Origin: Penicillus capitatus
Taxonomy: Eukaryota > Plantae > Chlorophyta
Direction: 5' to 3'
NCBI GenBank assembly: GCA_965649825.1
Contig: OZ287698.1
Coordinates: forward strand, 945,949-1,009,948
Length of the DNA stretch: 64,000 nt
Numbering within the stretch: position 1 is the first letter of the stretch; each line of letters starts with the position of its first letter. The notes beneath the pieces were generated by a model. It was not told the DNA's origin and did not search any database. It was given only the letters and a program-made list of their open reading frames with translations. Positions 47,547 to 59,736 of the stretch are shown piece by piece. The translations under genes and the position numbers were made by a program.

Positions 47547-50500
47547 TGCGGGTATTATTGACGTCCGGGTTCAAACCCAACACAGAAGTCTTTTCAGTCT
47601 ATGTCACGCGGAGGCGCCACGCAGAAAACGCAAACCAGCAGATAACTTTGCTGTCTACAGAGCAGGTCTTTCACTGGTTCAGAGTAGCCATTAAATACGC
47701 GCGCGGTGAGGTGACTTTCCGGGCACGTGAGTCATCCTAGCGCCAGAGCCAGAGAAAAAAACCTCGGATGACTCAACCGGCACACCCTGTCAGGGTGAAC
47801 CCTGCTTCAGCAAGACAATGGTCCCATCGCCGGGGACATCCTGCACTGGAGAAGATGCGCGTAAGCATTATGACGAACATGATGAGTGCAATTAACAAAA
47901 AATTCGACGACAGGCCAGGTGCAAAGGCTCCTTCTAGGGTTTGTCGACGCACCTGTAGTATTTCGATTTTTCTCCGACGTTTTCGACGATGATGAGTGTG
48001 GCGTGCCCGGTCACCTCCGGCCGCTGGCGGCCAGAGGAGGCGGACCGCTTACGCTGACGGATGCGGTTGATGTGACCATTGCGCAGCGGAAGTCGTGTTC
48101 CTTGCGTTCTTGGCCTCTCTCTACGGTCGAGGGCGTCATATGCGTTTCTACACATACGGCGTCCTCGGACGTATCGTCTTTCGATGCATTCGCGTTACAC
48201 CTGAATCTGCGCGTCATGCAACTTCGCGGTTCTCAGTGACAGGGCAGTCGTTCGGGGCACTGTCTTCGGCGTTGGATAGCGGGTCTCCGGAGATGCCTTC
48301 TCGTCGAGTCTCAACCCAAGCGACGCCCTCTGCGGGAAGTTGCCTGCCGTGTTACAGTGAAGTGGCACGAACTCGGTTGAGGCGCTTTACGACGGCGCTT
48401 TCGGCGGCGACCGCGTTTTCTGGCGGCGGCGACTCGAGAGACATGGGTTCTGACGGACTGGGCAGTGCTCACGGCTTTGGGGGCTCGAAATTGAACGGTT
48501 CTGCGGCTTGTTCGTGACGTTGCTGGATTAGATTGTCACGCGAGTTGTCTTTTTAGGTGCGCGCAGTAGATTTATATAGGTAAGTAGGCCTTCAGGCCAG
48601 ATTCGGTGGATGTTCAGCGCAGAGCAGTCATGCGCGGCCTCATTAGCGTGAGGTATGTGTTTTTGTGGCGCAGAGCGCATCTAGAGGGTTAATGTCCCAT
48701 CAGACTCTGTAGGATTCGAGTGAGATCTATGAGAATGGTTGTGGTCGAGTGAGAGTCGTGGTTCTGTAAGGATTTGGCGAGAGAACATGATGATTACTCA
48801 GTACACGGAGCTAAGTGTCATGTCACAACACTGTACATAAGGTGCGTCGCAGATTCTCTGTCGTTTCACGTGTCTCGTCCTCGTTACAGCAAAGCACTCA
48901 GTCCTCGGCCCGAAGTGCGTAACAATGAGGATTACCACACAACTAAGAGAAGAGCTTGACGCAGAGATCAGGCATGTCCTGAGCTTCACGCTCTTATCCG
49001 TAGATGGATCGGACCAAAAAGACAGCTGCTCTTGTCTGAAGTGGTTTACGCAATCGCAAGAGCGGAGCCTATCTTCCAAAACGAATGTAAGTAACATTTC
49101 ATTGTACTGTTGTCGTGCTGTCAATGAACGATGCGGTTAACGACGAAGGCAAATCGCTTTAAAGACTGTTTAATCGTTGTTAGTCCGGATTTTATAGGCG
49201 TAGACGTCACATCTACGCATCCCCTTGATTAATGTGAGCGGCGCAAGATGGGACAGATGGGATCGATAGGGCCGGAAACATCCAGAACCTTCGAAATCAT
49301 GAATAAAAATGAAGTTGATGAGTTGAAGAGACGAATTCGACCGTCGTTTTGTAAAACCTCGAACTTTCTAGACTTTTGTAAGGGTTTGCCCTTGTTGTTA
49401 CTCCGTTCTTAAACGCGCAGACGCGTAATTTTAGAGATCGCCGACAGTTAACTGCACGAAGGTGGAAAGCTGTCCACTGACAATTATTAACATATTTGAT
49501 CTAATGTTATTGTAAATGTGAAGACACGTCATGGATCAAAGCGATCAATAATGCAAAGAGAATCGAGTGGCTCATCGACGTCGGCCGTCGTGAATCCGCG
49601 ACCGAACGAGGTCGCATCGATAGCGATCAGCACGACAAAGGAAGGATAAAACGATTTAATGACGAATGCCGTCGATCGATCTCGCTCGCGGAATTCGATT
49701 GAGTATGCTCTTAGCAGTTTTGTCAATCGCATCACTGGGCCTATCTGGTGGATAAGATGCACGGCACTATTCGATCGGGATCGACACTATCAACATATTC
49801 TCTGTATTAGTCAAAACTTATTACCGAATAGCAACTAGACAAGCAGAAGAACGCGTCATGAATCAACTGTCGCAGCGAAATCATTGAAAATCACTGCTCG
49901 CTGTTGACAATCAAGTTTTGGTTTGGATTCCAGAACGAATACGAATGATATTGGCGCCAAGATGGCACGAACCTTATCGACAGTAAAACACGGCAAGCTC
50001 GATGGATTTACGATCCGAGTAAGGCCACGAGAAACTCGATACTCATCACGACTTGAGACTCAGACGGTTCAGTCGATAGGTAACTACGATGGGATGCTCT
50101 GTGAACTTTAGATGATGTGACAAGGTTTCTTGTTGTTTACGATCATTTTTTGTGATCAGGCATGTATGTCTTGCACCAAAAGCACAGCTTTCTGGGATAC
50201 GTAGCGATTGAGTACACTGGGAAGCGTGTTGACATTCCAGGTACCGGACATTATGATAGTCGGAATAAATAGAAATACGATTCGATCTTGGCGATGAATT
50301 GATTATACGGGTATAGTTTTCGTTTTTAGGAACACTTTGATGGGTATTTTATCTGTCGCGCAAAGTGCATCCACGCAGGGAATGAAACGATTGTTATGGC
50401 ATCGTGGATTCCCTCTTTCGTCAACGATATCGCGTGTCGTTGACGCTGATCGAATATCATACGCGTTTCTGTCATGCCGTAAGGGATAGATACAATGGCA

Positions 50501-50606
50501 TTAACCGACGGATGGTTCGAGGTCGATCGATCGAATACCTTCATTTGCCGTTTTCCAGTTCGCTCGATAGACGTAGATGTTGCGACAAATCTCGGGACGT
50601 GTTCGT

Positions 50607-51467
50607 ATGAAATGCAGTGCCTCAAGGGCACCGATCGCTGCTCGACTGCGCAGACAGCAACAGCCATCGCGAATTCGAATGCCGTGCGTCGCGTCTGCCG
50701 ATGTTAACGTTACGTTTCGAGTGCATCATCATGTGGAATATGGCGAACGTATGGGGATCTTGGGCGGTCATGTCGCCTTGGGAACTTGGAGAAAAGACAA
50801 AGTCGTGCCTCTCAAGTGGACCCACGGCGATGTGTGGTCTATGGACTGCGTCATGGAAACCAAGTGCGTTGCGTTGCCTTTGGGCTAATTGCATGATACA
50901 GGACCGTCGCTTAGAGGCAGCGTTGAGTATAAGTATGTGCGTTTAAATTGCGACGGTGAGGTGCAGGAATGGTCTCCTGGTTGCAATCTCATCTTGGATC
51001 TTGCATTGTGTGCGGATGATGAGGAGGTGATATTGGAAGAGATCTGGGGAAAGAGAGGAATGACGAGGCAATCCTTCACAGAGATGGATGAATCGCCGCC
51101 GCCGCCGCCGCCTCCGCCGCCGCCACGATCGACACCCACACCCTTCAAACCACCACCCACCCCTTCCCCGCCGTCCCCACCAACATCTCCCCCTACCGCC
51201 GAAACTCAGCCGCCGTCGAACGTAATCCCCGATGCCGATCGATCTCCTTGCCCGACGAGTGCTTTGCAGAAGAATTATCCGGCTGGTGATTGTAAACCTG
51301 TGCCATCGCCCGTGGATGAGAATTGCTACGGCACGTCGAAAGAGATCGACATCGGCTGTCCTCTGGACGCACCAGCCACGATCTACATCGTCGAACAGAA
51401 TCCCATTCTCTCCACTATCGTTGGCGTTAACATTAAACTTCCTGCCTTCCCGGCCATCCCATGGTGA
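50607..51467 (+). CDS. CBM20 starch-binding protein with a Pro-rich linker and Cys-rich C-terminus
   Basis: Transit-peptide-like MKCSASRAPIAARLRR, CBM20 core VNVTFRVHHHVEYGE..LGTW..LKWTHGDVW..^VEYKYV..W, then a poly-Pro linker. One intron. Confidence 0.8.
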
Positions 51468-51605
51468 ACAGAATGTTATGCATTAATAAAGAACGACCAC
51501 GCTTTATGATGTGATATAATGCGTTGAGCTCGTCGCCACGTGACGATTGTCGCCGTCGCCCTATCGCTTTGGTGTTGCTTCTTTTCATCTCTTCCGGTTT
51601 TGTTG

Positions 51606-53564
51606 ATGGACGTGGACAACAGCATCGAAGGCGCCGATGCCCTGGGGCGTTTGTTGCCAAATGGTAAATCACCTCTGCTTTGCGCGTTGACGAGGTCAGC
51701 GTCGTCGTCGTTTTCAGGTTGCCCGACAGTGCGACGCGATGCCGAACGTGGAGGACGCGTCTGGGAATTGCCCGGAACGCAACAGGACCCGCAATTCATC
51801 AATAAACGCATCGAGAATGCACGCCAGCCATTCACCATTTTCGAAATCATTCGCGACCAGCAACAGTCACTCACGGGGGCCAATTTGACAACGGCTTTTG
51901 TCAAGCTGGCACAATTGACGACGGTTGAGAATGTGAAACATGTTTTGAAATCGCACAGAATCTTCAAAGGTGTATCATTTCTTGTCACTGGCGGTTACCC
52001 TCTCTGAACACACGATAACAGAGATGACCCTGACCGCTGCTCAAAATGCACGGCTGTTTTCGGACGAGGAGCTTGTGAAGATCCTCTGGGCGTTGGCGCA
52101 TTTGGACGCTGAACCGCCAGTCGAAGTGATGGATACATTCATGTGCAATTTTTACACAAGGATGGACAAAGTGGATACCAAAGCATGCATCTGGAATCCC
52201 ATGTCCTCATGACTGAACCGGCCATGTGTGGTTATTTAGGTGCTCTCATTGGCCCTGTGGGGACTGGCACGTCTGGATTACATACCTGCTGAGAAAGTGC
52301 TGATTCGAGCCTGTCAGTCCATGGCAGAACGACTGCGATTGCGAGAGGGACGACTGTCAGATTTCACAACCTGTTTCTGGGCACTCGCTGTTATGGGCTA
52401 CTGTCCCACCTCCACCATTCTCCACGACTTCGTCACGTTGAGCTGTTCGTGTTTGGGATCACTAACGCCGATGGAAGTCGCTCAGATGCTTTGGAGTTTC
52501 ATCCAGTTTGGCGTTAACCCTGGCCAGACTTTCCTCAACGTGGTGGATGCACTCTTCTGCGGAGCCGAGTGCATGTGGAACATCGAGGAGACGTCCTTTC
52601 TCTTCTGGGGTATGGCAACGTATGCCTATCCGCTCAGTCAACTCTTCATCTTCAAGACGATCGAACGCATCCATGCCTCGCTGTCGGAGCTCTCCTGGTC
52701 GGTTCTGGTTCGTACCCTGAATGCCTGCGCAAGGTCAGGCGTCGATCACAGCGATGGCGGCGGTCAGTCTGATTTGTGAACAGGACGTGCTATCATCCAG
52801 GAGAGATGTTTCTGCAAGAGGCAGCTGGGTTTCTCTCGTCAGTGGTGGACGATATCTACTACGAAGCCATCGAGACCATTCTCTGGTCCTATGCCACGTT
52901 CTCATTCCATCCTGGATGCGATCTCCTTGGCAAACTGACGTCCAAGATCAACGGACAGCTGCGTTGTTTCAGCGCCCTGCATCTGGCAAATATTCTCTGG
53001 TGCTATGCACTGTTCGATTCCTGCACCCTTAGCATCTGGAACACGATTCTCGATGCGTTCAGCGCCTTTCCTGTCGCAGAAGTGTCGCCGGAGGCCCTTT
53101 ATCGTCTCTTCCAAGCGTATTTGCTTAAATCGCGGTGCACTGAAGATCGCTTTGAGCTACCCAGAGATCTTCAAGAGGCAGGAATGCAGCTCTGGAAGCA
53201 CCAAGTGGAGCATCAGAAAACGATTGCCTCTCCTTTTCATGCCGACGTCCTGCGCATCTTGAGTTCCTTTCATCTGCACTCTCAGATCTTTCAGCATTAC
53301 TGTTGTGCAAATCAGACGCTCTGTGTCTCCTTCTATATCGAATCTCTTCAGAGAGGGATCGAACTCATCGATGAGCACGAATTTACGATGAACACGACAG
53401 AGCCCATCGGATCGGCCATCATGCGAACGAAAGTGACCCAGACATTGTTCCCGGAAGCATTGGGATCGTCATCTACGGTGGAGTTTTTGAAATTTACTTT
53501 TTGGCAGTCCCTCCAGACGGATGGCGAGAAGCAAGAGCACCTCAGACGTATCTTGACGATTTAA
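51606..53564 (+). CDS. Helical-repeat (OPR/FASTK-like) organellar RNA-binding protein with a probable RAP domain; start uncertain
   Basis: Repeated motifs such as ELVKILWALAHL, VLSLALWGLARL, EVAQMLWSFIQF and HLANILWCYALF, plus a C-terminal RAP-like segment (GIELIDEHEF). Confidence 0.75.
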
Positions 53565-53724
53565 GCCATTACTTAAATTAATGCCAGTGTCAGCGAGTTC
53601 GCGATGATGTGCTTTGCTGGTTTGACTGGTTGGTCTTTCTGATTGCGTCTCATGGCCTTGTTACGTCAATAGCGACCTTCAATTTCTCATTCTCTTCTTC
53701 TATTTGTACCTCTCGTTGCGCAAA

Positions 53725-54520
53725 ATGCCAACGTCAAGTGTGGGAGGCCCGTTGCCGACAGAAGCGCGGCAAGGTCGACACAAACAAAAATATGGACAGA
53801 GCGGGGAGCGCCTATTGGCTGGGCAAGTGTTCTCCCATCTTCTGTGCTTCTCTTTACGGTGTCGCTTGACGCAGATGCATTCCGTTTCGTATGACGGACG
53901 AGAAGGACGGTAAGAATGAGGTTGAGGTGCTGCTCGTGACACGTCGGAACGGAATGGGTTGGGTTCTTCCCAAAGTGCGGGAGTCGATGTGAATCGCCGC
54001 GTTGTCGACGAGAGGGTATGTTCGTTCGGCTGACAGGGCGGATGGGAAAGCGACGAAGACAATGTAGAATCAGCGGCACTCAGAGAAACGGTGGAAGAAG
54101 CCGGTGTACGTGGCCATCTAGATGGTCCAATGCTCGGCGTTTTTGGATTTCGCAGCAAGAAACGGCGACATTACCCAGACATGAGCATGTGTCTAGCCCA
54201 TGTCTTCGCCATGCGCGTCATCGAGCAGCTCGATTCGTGGCCAGAACAAACTTTCCGCAAAAGAAAATGGGTATCCCTCGCTCAGTCCTTATGACATTGC
54301 GGTGAATGAAGGCGCTCTGCTTCCCTGTGTTCAGTTCTCTGTCGTGGATGCCTACAATCAGTGCATTGATGAATGGATGCGAGAGGCCTTTCGCGCTTGG
54401 ATCCAGCGCAATAACTGGCCGTTGTTGATCACAAATGGAACAGATCTCGCGGGTCATACCCTAGATGAAGATAAAACCAAGCAAATGTCGGAGACCACCA
54501 CCACCACTGCTTTAAACTAG
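53725..54520 (+). CDS. Nudix hydrolase (DIPP / plant NUDT12-18-like)
   Basis: Sequence ARQGRHKQKY..RLLAG^CIPFR, WVLPK^GGWESDED...AALRETVEEAGV (Nudix box) and WPEQTFRKRKW. Confidence 0.9.
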
Positions 54521-54784
54521 ATAGCGTCTTCTCATTATAGACTGTTTTGTACGGAAATGGAAGTGGGAATTTATAATGCCAGCCACAGAAAAGAGCAAAC
54601 AAGTGCGTATCGACGAAGTCTTTGCGCGACGTCATCCTTAATACGTTCGCTTTTCTCATGACCCTTTTGACGATTCTTTAAAGTGGCCGACAGGAGTGCG
54701 AGAAAGAGCGAAACAACGGGACTTCTTACAAGTGTTGATGATCATCGTTCTGCCATTTAAGCAGCACATAACACAGATACCTAG

Positions 54785-55524
54785 TCACTGTTGTCTGGCA
54801 ACTATCTGTTCGACCCTTCGACTGCGAGTTGACTGTTTCTGAGCCCATTTGGCATGACGCACAATTTCCTCACTCTAAACCCATACCTCTATTCTCGTGC
54901 TCATGATCAGAGATCTCACACACTCACTTGCAGTAGCTTTTCAAGTGTATTGTATTCCATGGCCAGTTGTTTTTCGGTGTAGAATCGATGGACGGCTCGA
55001 TGACAGAGCGAACAGATATTTACTGTTTGGCACAGCTGTTCTCTATCATACCCTCGCTTTCGTAATCTTCCATGCATTGTCCGCGGAATGAGATGGTGCT
55101 TCGTCAACGGCAGACATCGCTCACAGATTTCACACGCTCCCGGTTGGAGATATTCTTCTTCCTCTTCCCCTTCGTCTCTCTCTTCGTTTTGCATCACCTC
55201 GAAGAGCTTGGTACAGAAATCTTGAGCATCGTCGGCATCGATCCTTTCCGAATTGGCAAGGATATCTTCGAAGCGATCGATGGAGGATTGGACGGACGTG
55301 GGTCGACCATTGGTGACCAAATCGTCGCAGACCGCTTCGACGATATACTGCGCTATCGGGTCCTTATCCGACCGTCCCACTGTCCGACGCCAGACGGAAA
55401 GGACTATCCGATTACAGTGCTCTTCGTTCGTTTCTTTCTCCATTGACACGACTATCGACCGAATGCATTCGAGGATGATTAAAAGCGCATCGTCGGTTGG
55501 ATGTTGGATACCCTGTCGTTTCAT
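54785..55524 (-). CDS. HNH-nuclease-like protein
   Basis: Motif CEICERCLPLTKHHLIPR...NICSLCHRAVH. One intron, then SEEIVRHAKWAQKQ. Confidence 0.75.
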
Positions 55525-55653
55525 ATCGACTGCTCGCGGTCCATTATCGCGTAGCCGTACGAAACGCATGCATTTAGATGATGAATATCATCTCATGACG
55601 CGTATTAGATTGTTACATGCATGCATGTATGTGTGCATAGAGACATGGACACA

Positions 55654-56949
55654 TCATTCATCTTTCGTTGGAGAATCGATGAATTGTCTAACGGATGTCC
55701 AGTACGGGACGGAACAATCATCGTACGCACTCATGTGGCCGGCACCTGGGAAGGACTGAAAGGTTGAATGAGGAGATTTGCACAGGGACCGCAGTTTCCG
55801 CATGTGCTCTGGCGGGACGATTTCATCCTAAACGCACCATTGGCTTCATATGTCACATCATGGTCATCAAGAAAGCGAGGCCTGCTCGGAAGAGAGAAAG
55901 AGAATGGGTGTCCTGGTGATCTTCTGAATCGCTTCTTTGTTATTCCACTTGTTGCGTAGCAGCAGATAGGAAGCACTAGCGCAAAAAGAGTGATTTGATG
56001 TGACGTTTGACAGGATGGTACAGTTTGAGTCGGAAGAGGTGTCTGAGAAAAGGGAGGATGCACGGCACCATGTCTGCGATGCATGTAAAGGTATTCTCCA
56101 CAATCAATCCAGCAAACTAAAAAGAATGAGATCTCCGACAGAAGAGTGAGACTGACAGACTTTGTCTTGATGTTTAGAAACGAGGTCGATGGCAACGGCT
56201 CCTCCAAGAGAACGGCCGAAAACAAAGAGCTTAGAGGGATCAAAGTGCTCGTAGCCCAAGCAAAACTCCATTGCCGTCTCAGCATCGAGTTTCAGACCTT
56301 CCTCCGACGGAGATCCTTCACTGGGACCGTAACCACGATAGCTGACATATCGACAAGTGTTTTTTTGCGGATGGTATTTGAAAGAGAGACCTGATGGCGA
56401 CGATGGAGCAACTGAGTCTCGCAATCATGAGATAAAAAAGTGGGAGACGATGGGAGATGTTGCCAGCATTGGCCTGTATTGTCAGATTCCCATCACATTT
56501 CGTTGTGGGCAAATTGCATGAGACTTGGAAGAAGATGATGGTTGGACGCTGGTTCAACGTTTCGAGCGATCGGCAATGTTCCCATAGCAACCATCCATGC
56601 AATTTCTTGCCATCTCTTGTCTCCAACGATAGATCCTGACACACACAAACAATTCTCACACTTAAAGAGTGAGACAAATCGGACTCGGTAGTTAAGATGG
56701 GCTTGATTGGGAGAGCGTTCATATTCGTGTAACAATCCTGGGACATGCGGAACGTATAACTGCACAAACAAACAGCTTCACAGTGCGCGTCGTCGGCAGG
56801 CCACTATGCCATGTGGCCTTGGAAGAGATAGAGGAGTCCTAGGCCGAGTCCGGCGAGTCCACAGCCCTAATGCCCCATTCAGTTTCGCAGATGCGATCGA
56901 CTTATCGTCTTACGCCGTAAACGGTCGTCAATAACCATGCTGGAATCAT
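55654..56949 (-). CDS. ABHD13: Alpha/beta hydrolase, ABHD13/WAV2/BEM46 family
   Basis: Motifs LYLFQGHM^LYVP, IFFQ^ANAGNISHR, YRGYGPSEGSPSEEGL, GRSLGG (nucleophile), ENTFT, DEIVPPEHM and GAGH. Two GC-AG introns. Confidence 0.9.
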
Positions 56950-57131
56950 TGTGCTTTGCTCAAAAGCCGGTTTAGCGCCAGTGTTCCCGGTCGAATCTGG
57001 TCCAGTCACATCGCGAGGGAGGAGACATACGGCGACGGTTGGTCATCAGTCGCGCGTGCGCATCCATCCATTCTATCCGACAGCGTCTCTCTCCTATTGT
57101 TCGCACCTGTGGCTATCGATTTCGCGAAGAG

Positions 57132-59173
57132 ATGCTGAAACTCTTCAATGGACTCTTAGGACACCGAATTCGATCGTGTTTAGCCGTCGGCGACGGACAC
57201 GGCGATATCGAGCTCGCCATCGCCCCGTCGGTTGACGAATTTGGCGAAGTACTGGATGAATACCGTATCACACGTGAGGCACACGGCACCGTCTTTTCTC
57301 GACATTCATGTACTTTGTCTGTATATCCAGTCTCAGACAATGGCCGGCCCTTTACGCAAGAACACAAGGTGCGGAAGGGACCGCCGTCGTCTTTCGGTTT
57401 ATCGGAATGGCAATGCCTCTCTCCAGATGATCAAGTCGTTCGCAAGGTGCATCTTTGTGGATCAAAGTGTCGAGATTTTGAACAGAGGAGTGCATATCTA
57501 CACGACAGGTGAGCTCTTCCGCTGTTCACGACGTTCTATCGTCTCGGCGCCCGTGCAGTTGTCGACATCGGCGTGCAGCGTTGCTTGACAGTCAAGCGTC
57601 ATCCACGCAACGATCAGCTGCAGGTGATATCTACCCAGCAAACGGTGAAACGAAGAGATGCGCATGACACGCATCTGAGTTTCTGCTTGGCCAGCAAAGA
57701 TGCCGTCCTACACGGAGGTAAGTCACGTCTCTTAGCTAAAGAATCTCAAACAAGGGAATGGGCTTGATGGATTAGGAATGCCGTTTTCTGAGTTCTTTGA
57801 GATGTTGCACACATTGGTGACGTCTGTGCTGGTCTTGGCCCCCGGAGTCCGGATCACTTTGCGGATTGCCGGAGAAAAACTGGTGTACCTCTATAGAGCG
57901 CTGCCAGAATTGGGAAGAACAAAGAAGATGTGCTCGTTTCTTCATGTGTCCACAAAAGACGCCGGAAACTCGATTGACGTCTCCGTGGCATGGCGTGTTA
58001 CCATTGATCCACAGCAAAGGCATTTTCTCAAAGAAATGCTGTACCTGACGGTTCATGACACGTGGAAAGAAAGCAGAGATACACCCTGTCTTGCGGAATT
58101 GCCTGGTCTATTGGACAGTACGACCCTCATCGAAGCTCAGCAATACCATCCAGTACATCTACTGCGCTCCCGTGATGACGGAGATGGCGAACTGGATGCA
58201 TCTGGCTCGTGTATTGGTATCTGTCGGCACAAGAGTGACCGAGTATGGAAGCATGGCCCTTTGCACGCGCTGTGTGGTATTGCCACGCATATTGAAAAAG
58301 GCAACCATTCTTGCCGTGTCCTGCTCTACGATCACCACGGAATCGTCGTCAAAGAAGGACCAATCGTGATGGCTGCTCTGCAAAAAGGCATGGATCGATC
58401 ACACATCGTTGGCACGAAACCTCGAGCTTTGTATGTGGTGAACAGTTCAGTGGGAGAACTTTGGCCTTGAGCTCACCAGGACAGAAACTGGCACTTCATC
58501 TTCACTCGAAACAAGCAATAGTGAATCTGTATTGTCCCCATTCCGAAGTGCTGTGTTTGTTAGACACGCTGTTTTTTTCTCCAACGACAGTCGAGAATCA
58601 AGACGCTGTTGGTCTTCACACCATCGTGCTTCACTTTTGGTTCGAAGGAATTTCGGGTAATGAGCGCAGTGACTTCCTGCGGGGTCGAATGAGGCTGTCG
58701 TTGCAGATGTCCCTGTCCTGTTGCCCTTGCACGGTCTGAATGGCGTTGCGAAACGGGCAGTTGAAGGCGCTTTGCTCAATATTCGTCGGCAGGAACGTGA
58801 TCGATGGAAGGGCAAAGTGGAGGAGCGCATTCACACATCTATCCACTCTATCGGCCAGAGCATTTCCAACATCGTCCTGTAAGCAAAGAGAAGGCATAAA
58901 CGGCAACGCCGTCCACGATCCTTGCTGATACACAGGAGATGTCGACATCCATCCCTCCAGCAATACACTTGCGCATCTTTGAGATGCGATGGTCCCTCAC
59001 TGAACGAGATCTTGGCTCAGAAGATGCGAGCATCTGCAGATGGACTGTTGGATAAGAAATTCCATTTGCCCGATGGAGATGTCGATATACAGACACCGAC
59101 GATCTCGGCGTCATCGGCATCGGAGGGAATGGTGGTGATGGGGTACGATGACGATGAGGAATGGCGATTTTAA
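57132..59173 (+). CDS. MTOPVIB: Probable meiotic topoisomerase VI B-like subunit
   Basis: Colinear similarity, recalled from plant MTOPVIB, in the segments LKLFNGLLGHRIRSCLAVGD, CRVLLYD...MAALQK^VQWENFGL, KRAVEGALLNIR and SIGQSISNIVL..C..L...ILAQKM, plus an acidic tail. Some internal exon boundaries are uncertain. Confidence 0.65.
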
Positions 59174-59736
59174 TTTCCAGAAGCAAGTGGTTTTAATTGT
59201 GCCATTGTGTTGTTCTCTTTGTTAAGAGACACTTGACCAAAACAGACATGTCTACATCAAGAATGTCACCTTTCGTACCGCGTGATTGTTAACCGTCATC
59301 GACGGAAGGATCCAACGACAACAACGGTATCAATGAATGCTCACGACGGTACACATTGGGTCACTCCGCCTCACAAAGTACCAGTTACACATGTTGGGCT
59401 CATTCAGCAGAGAACTGTCTTTAGGAGCTTCATAGAGAAACAAAATGACCATCAGCTGATTCGGACACAAACAAGATAGATGCGTCCGGTTTCTCGATCA
59501 TAAAATGCGTATCTTTCGGTCCGTCTGACAGAGAATTTCCAAAGCAGGTGATGTTCTTAAGCGGTCATCATAGGAGGGCCAACAAAAAACTATCGTCCGG
59601 AACTACGCAAGCCTCTTCTTGACCACCTCGAAATGATAAGGTCTACATATCACAAACAGACAGTGATCCGGTCACATGTGACTGCACAGACACACAGCAT
59701 CATCAGATTCTGTGCTGACAGTTGAGAGTTGAGGTG

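Noticed and set aside
47567-47578. GGGTTCAAACCC as a tRNA T-arm or SINE B-box
   Set aside because: There is no A-box or cloverleaf nearby.
46937-47740. Long Pro/Arg-rich ORFs in several frames
   Set aside because: They are a by-product of a stop-free 24-bp repeat unit.
49100-50320. AT-richer region with protein-like patches
   Set aside because: It has many stops and no identifiable family, so I treated it as unresolved decayed sequence.
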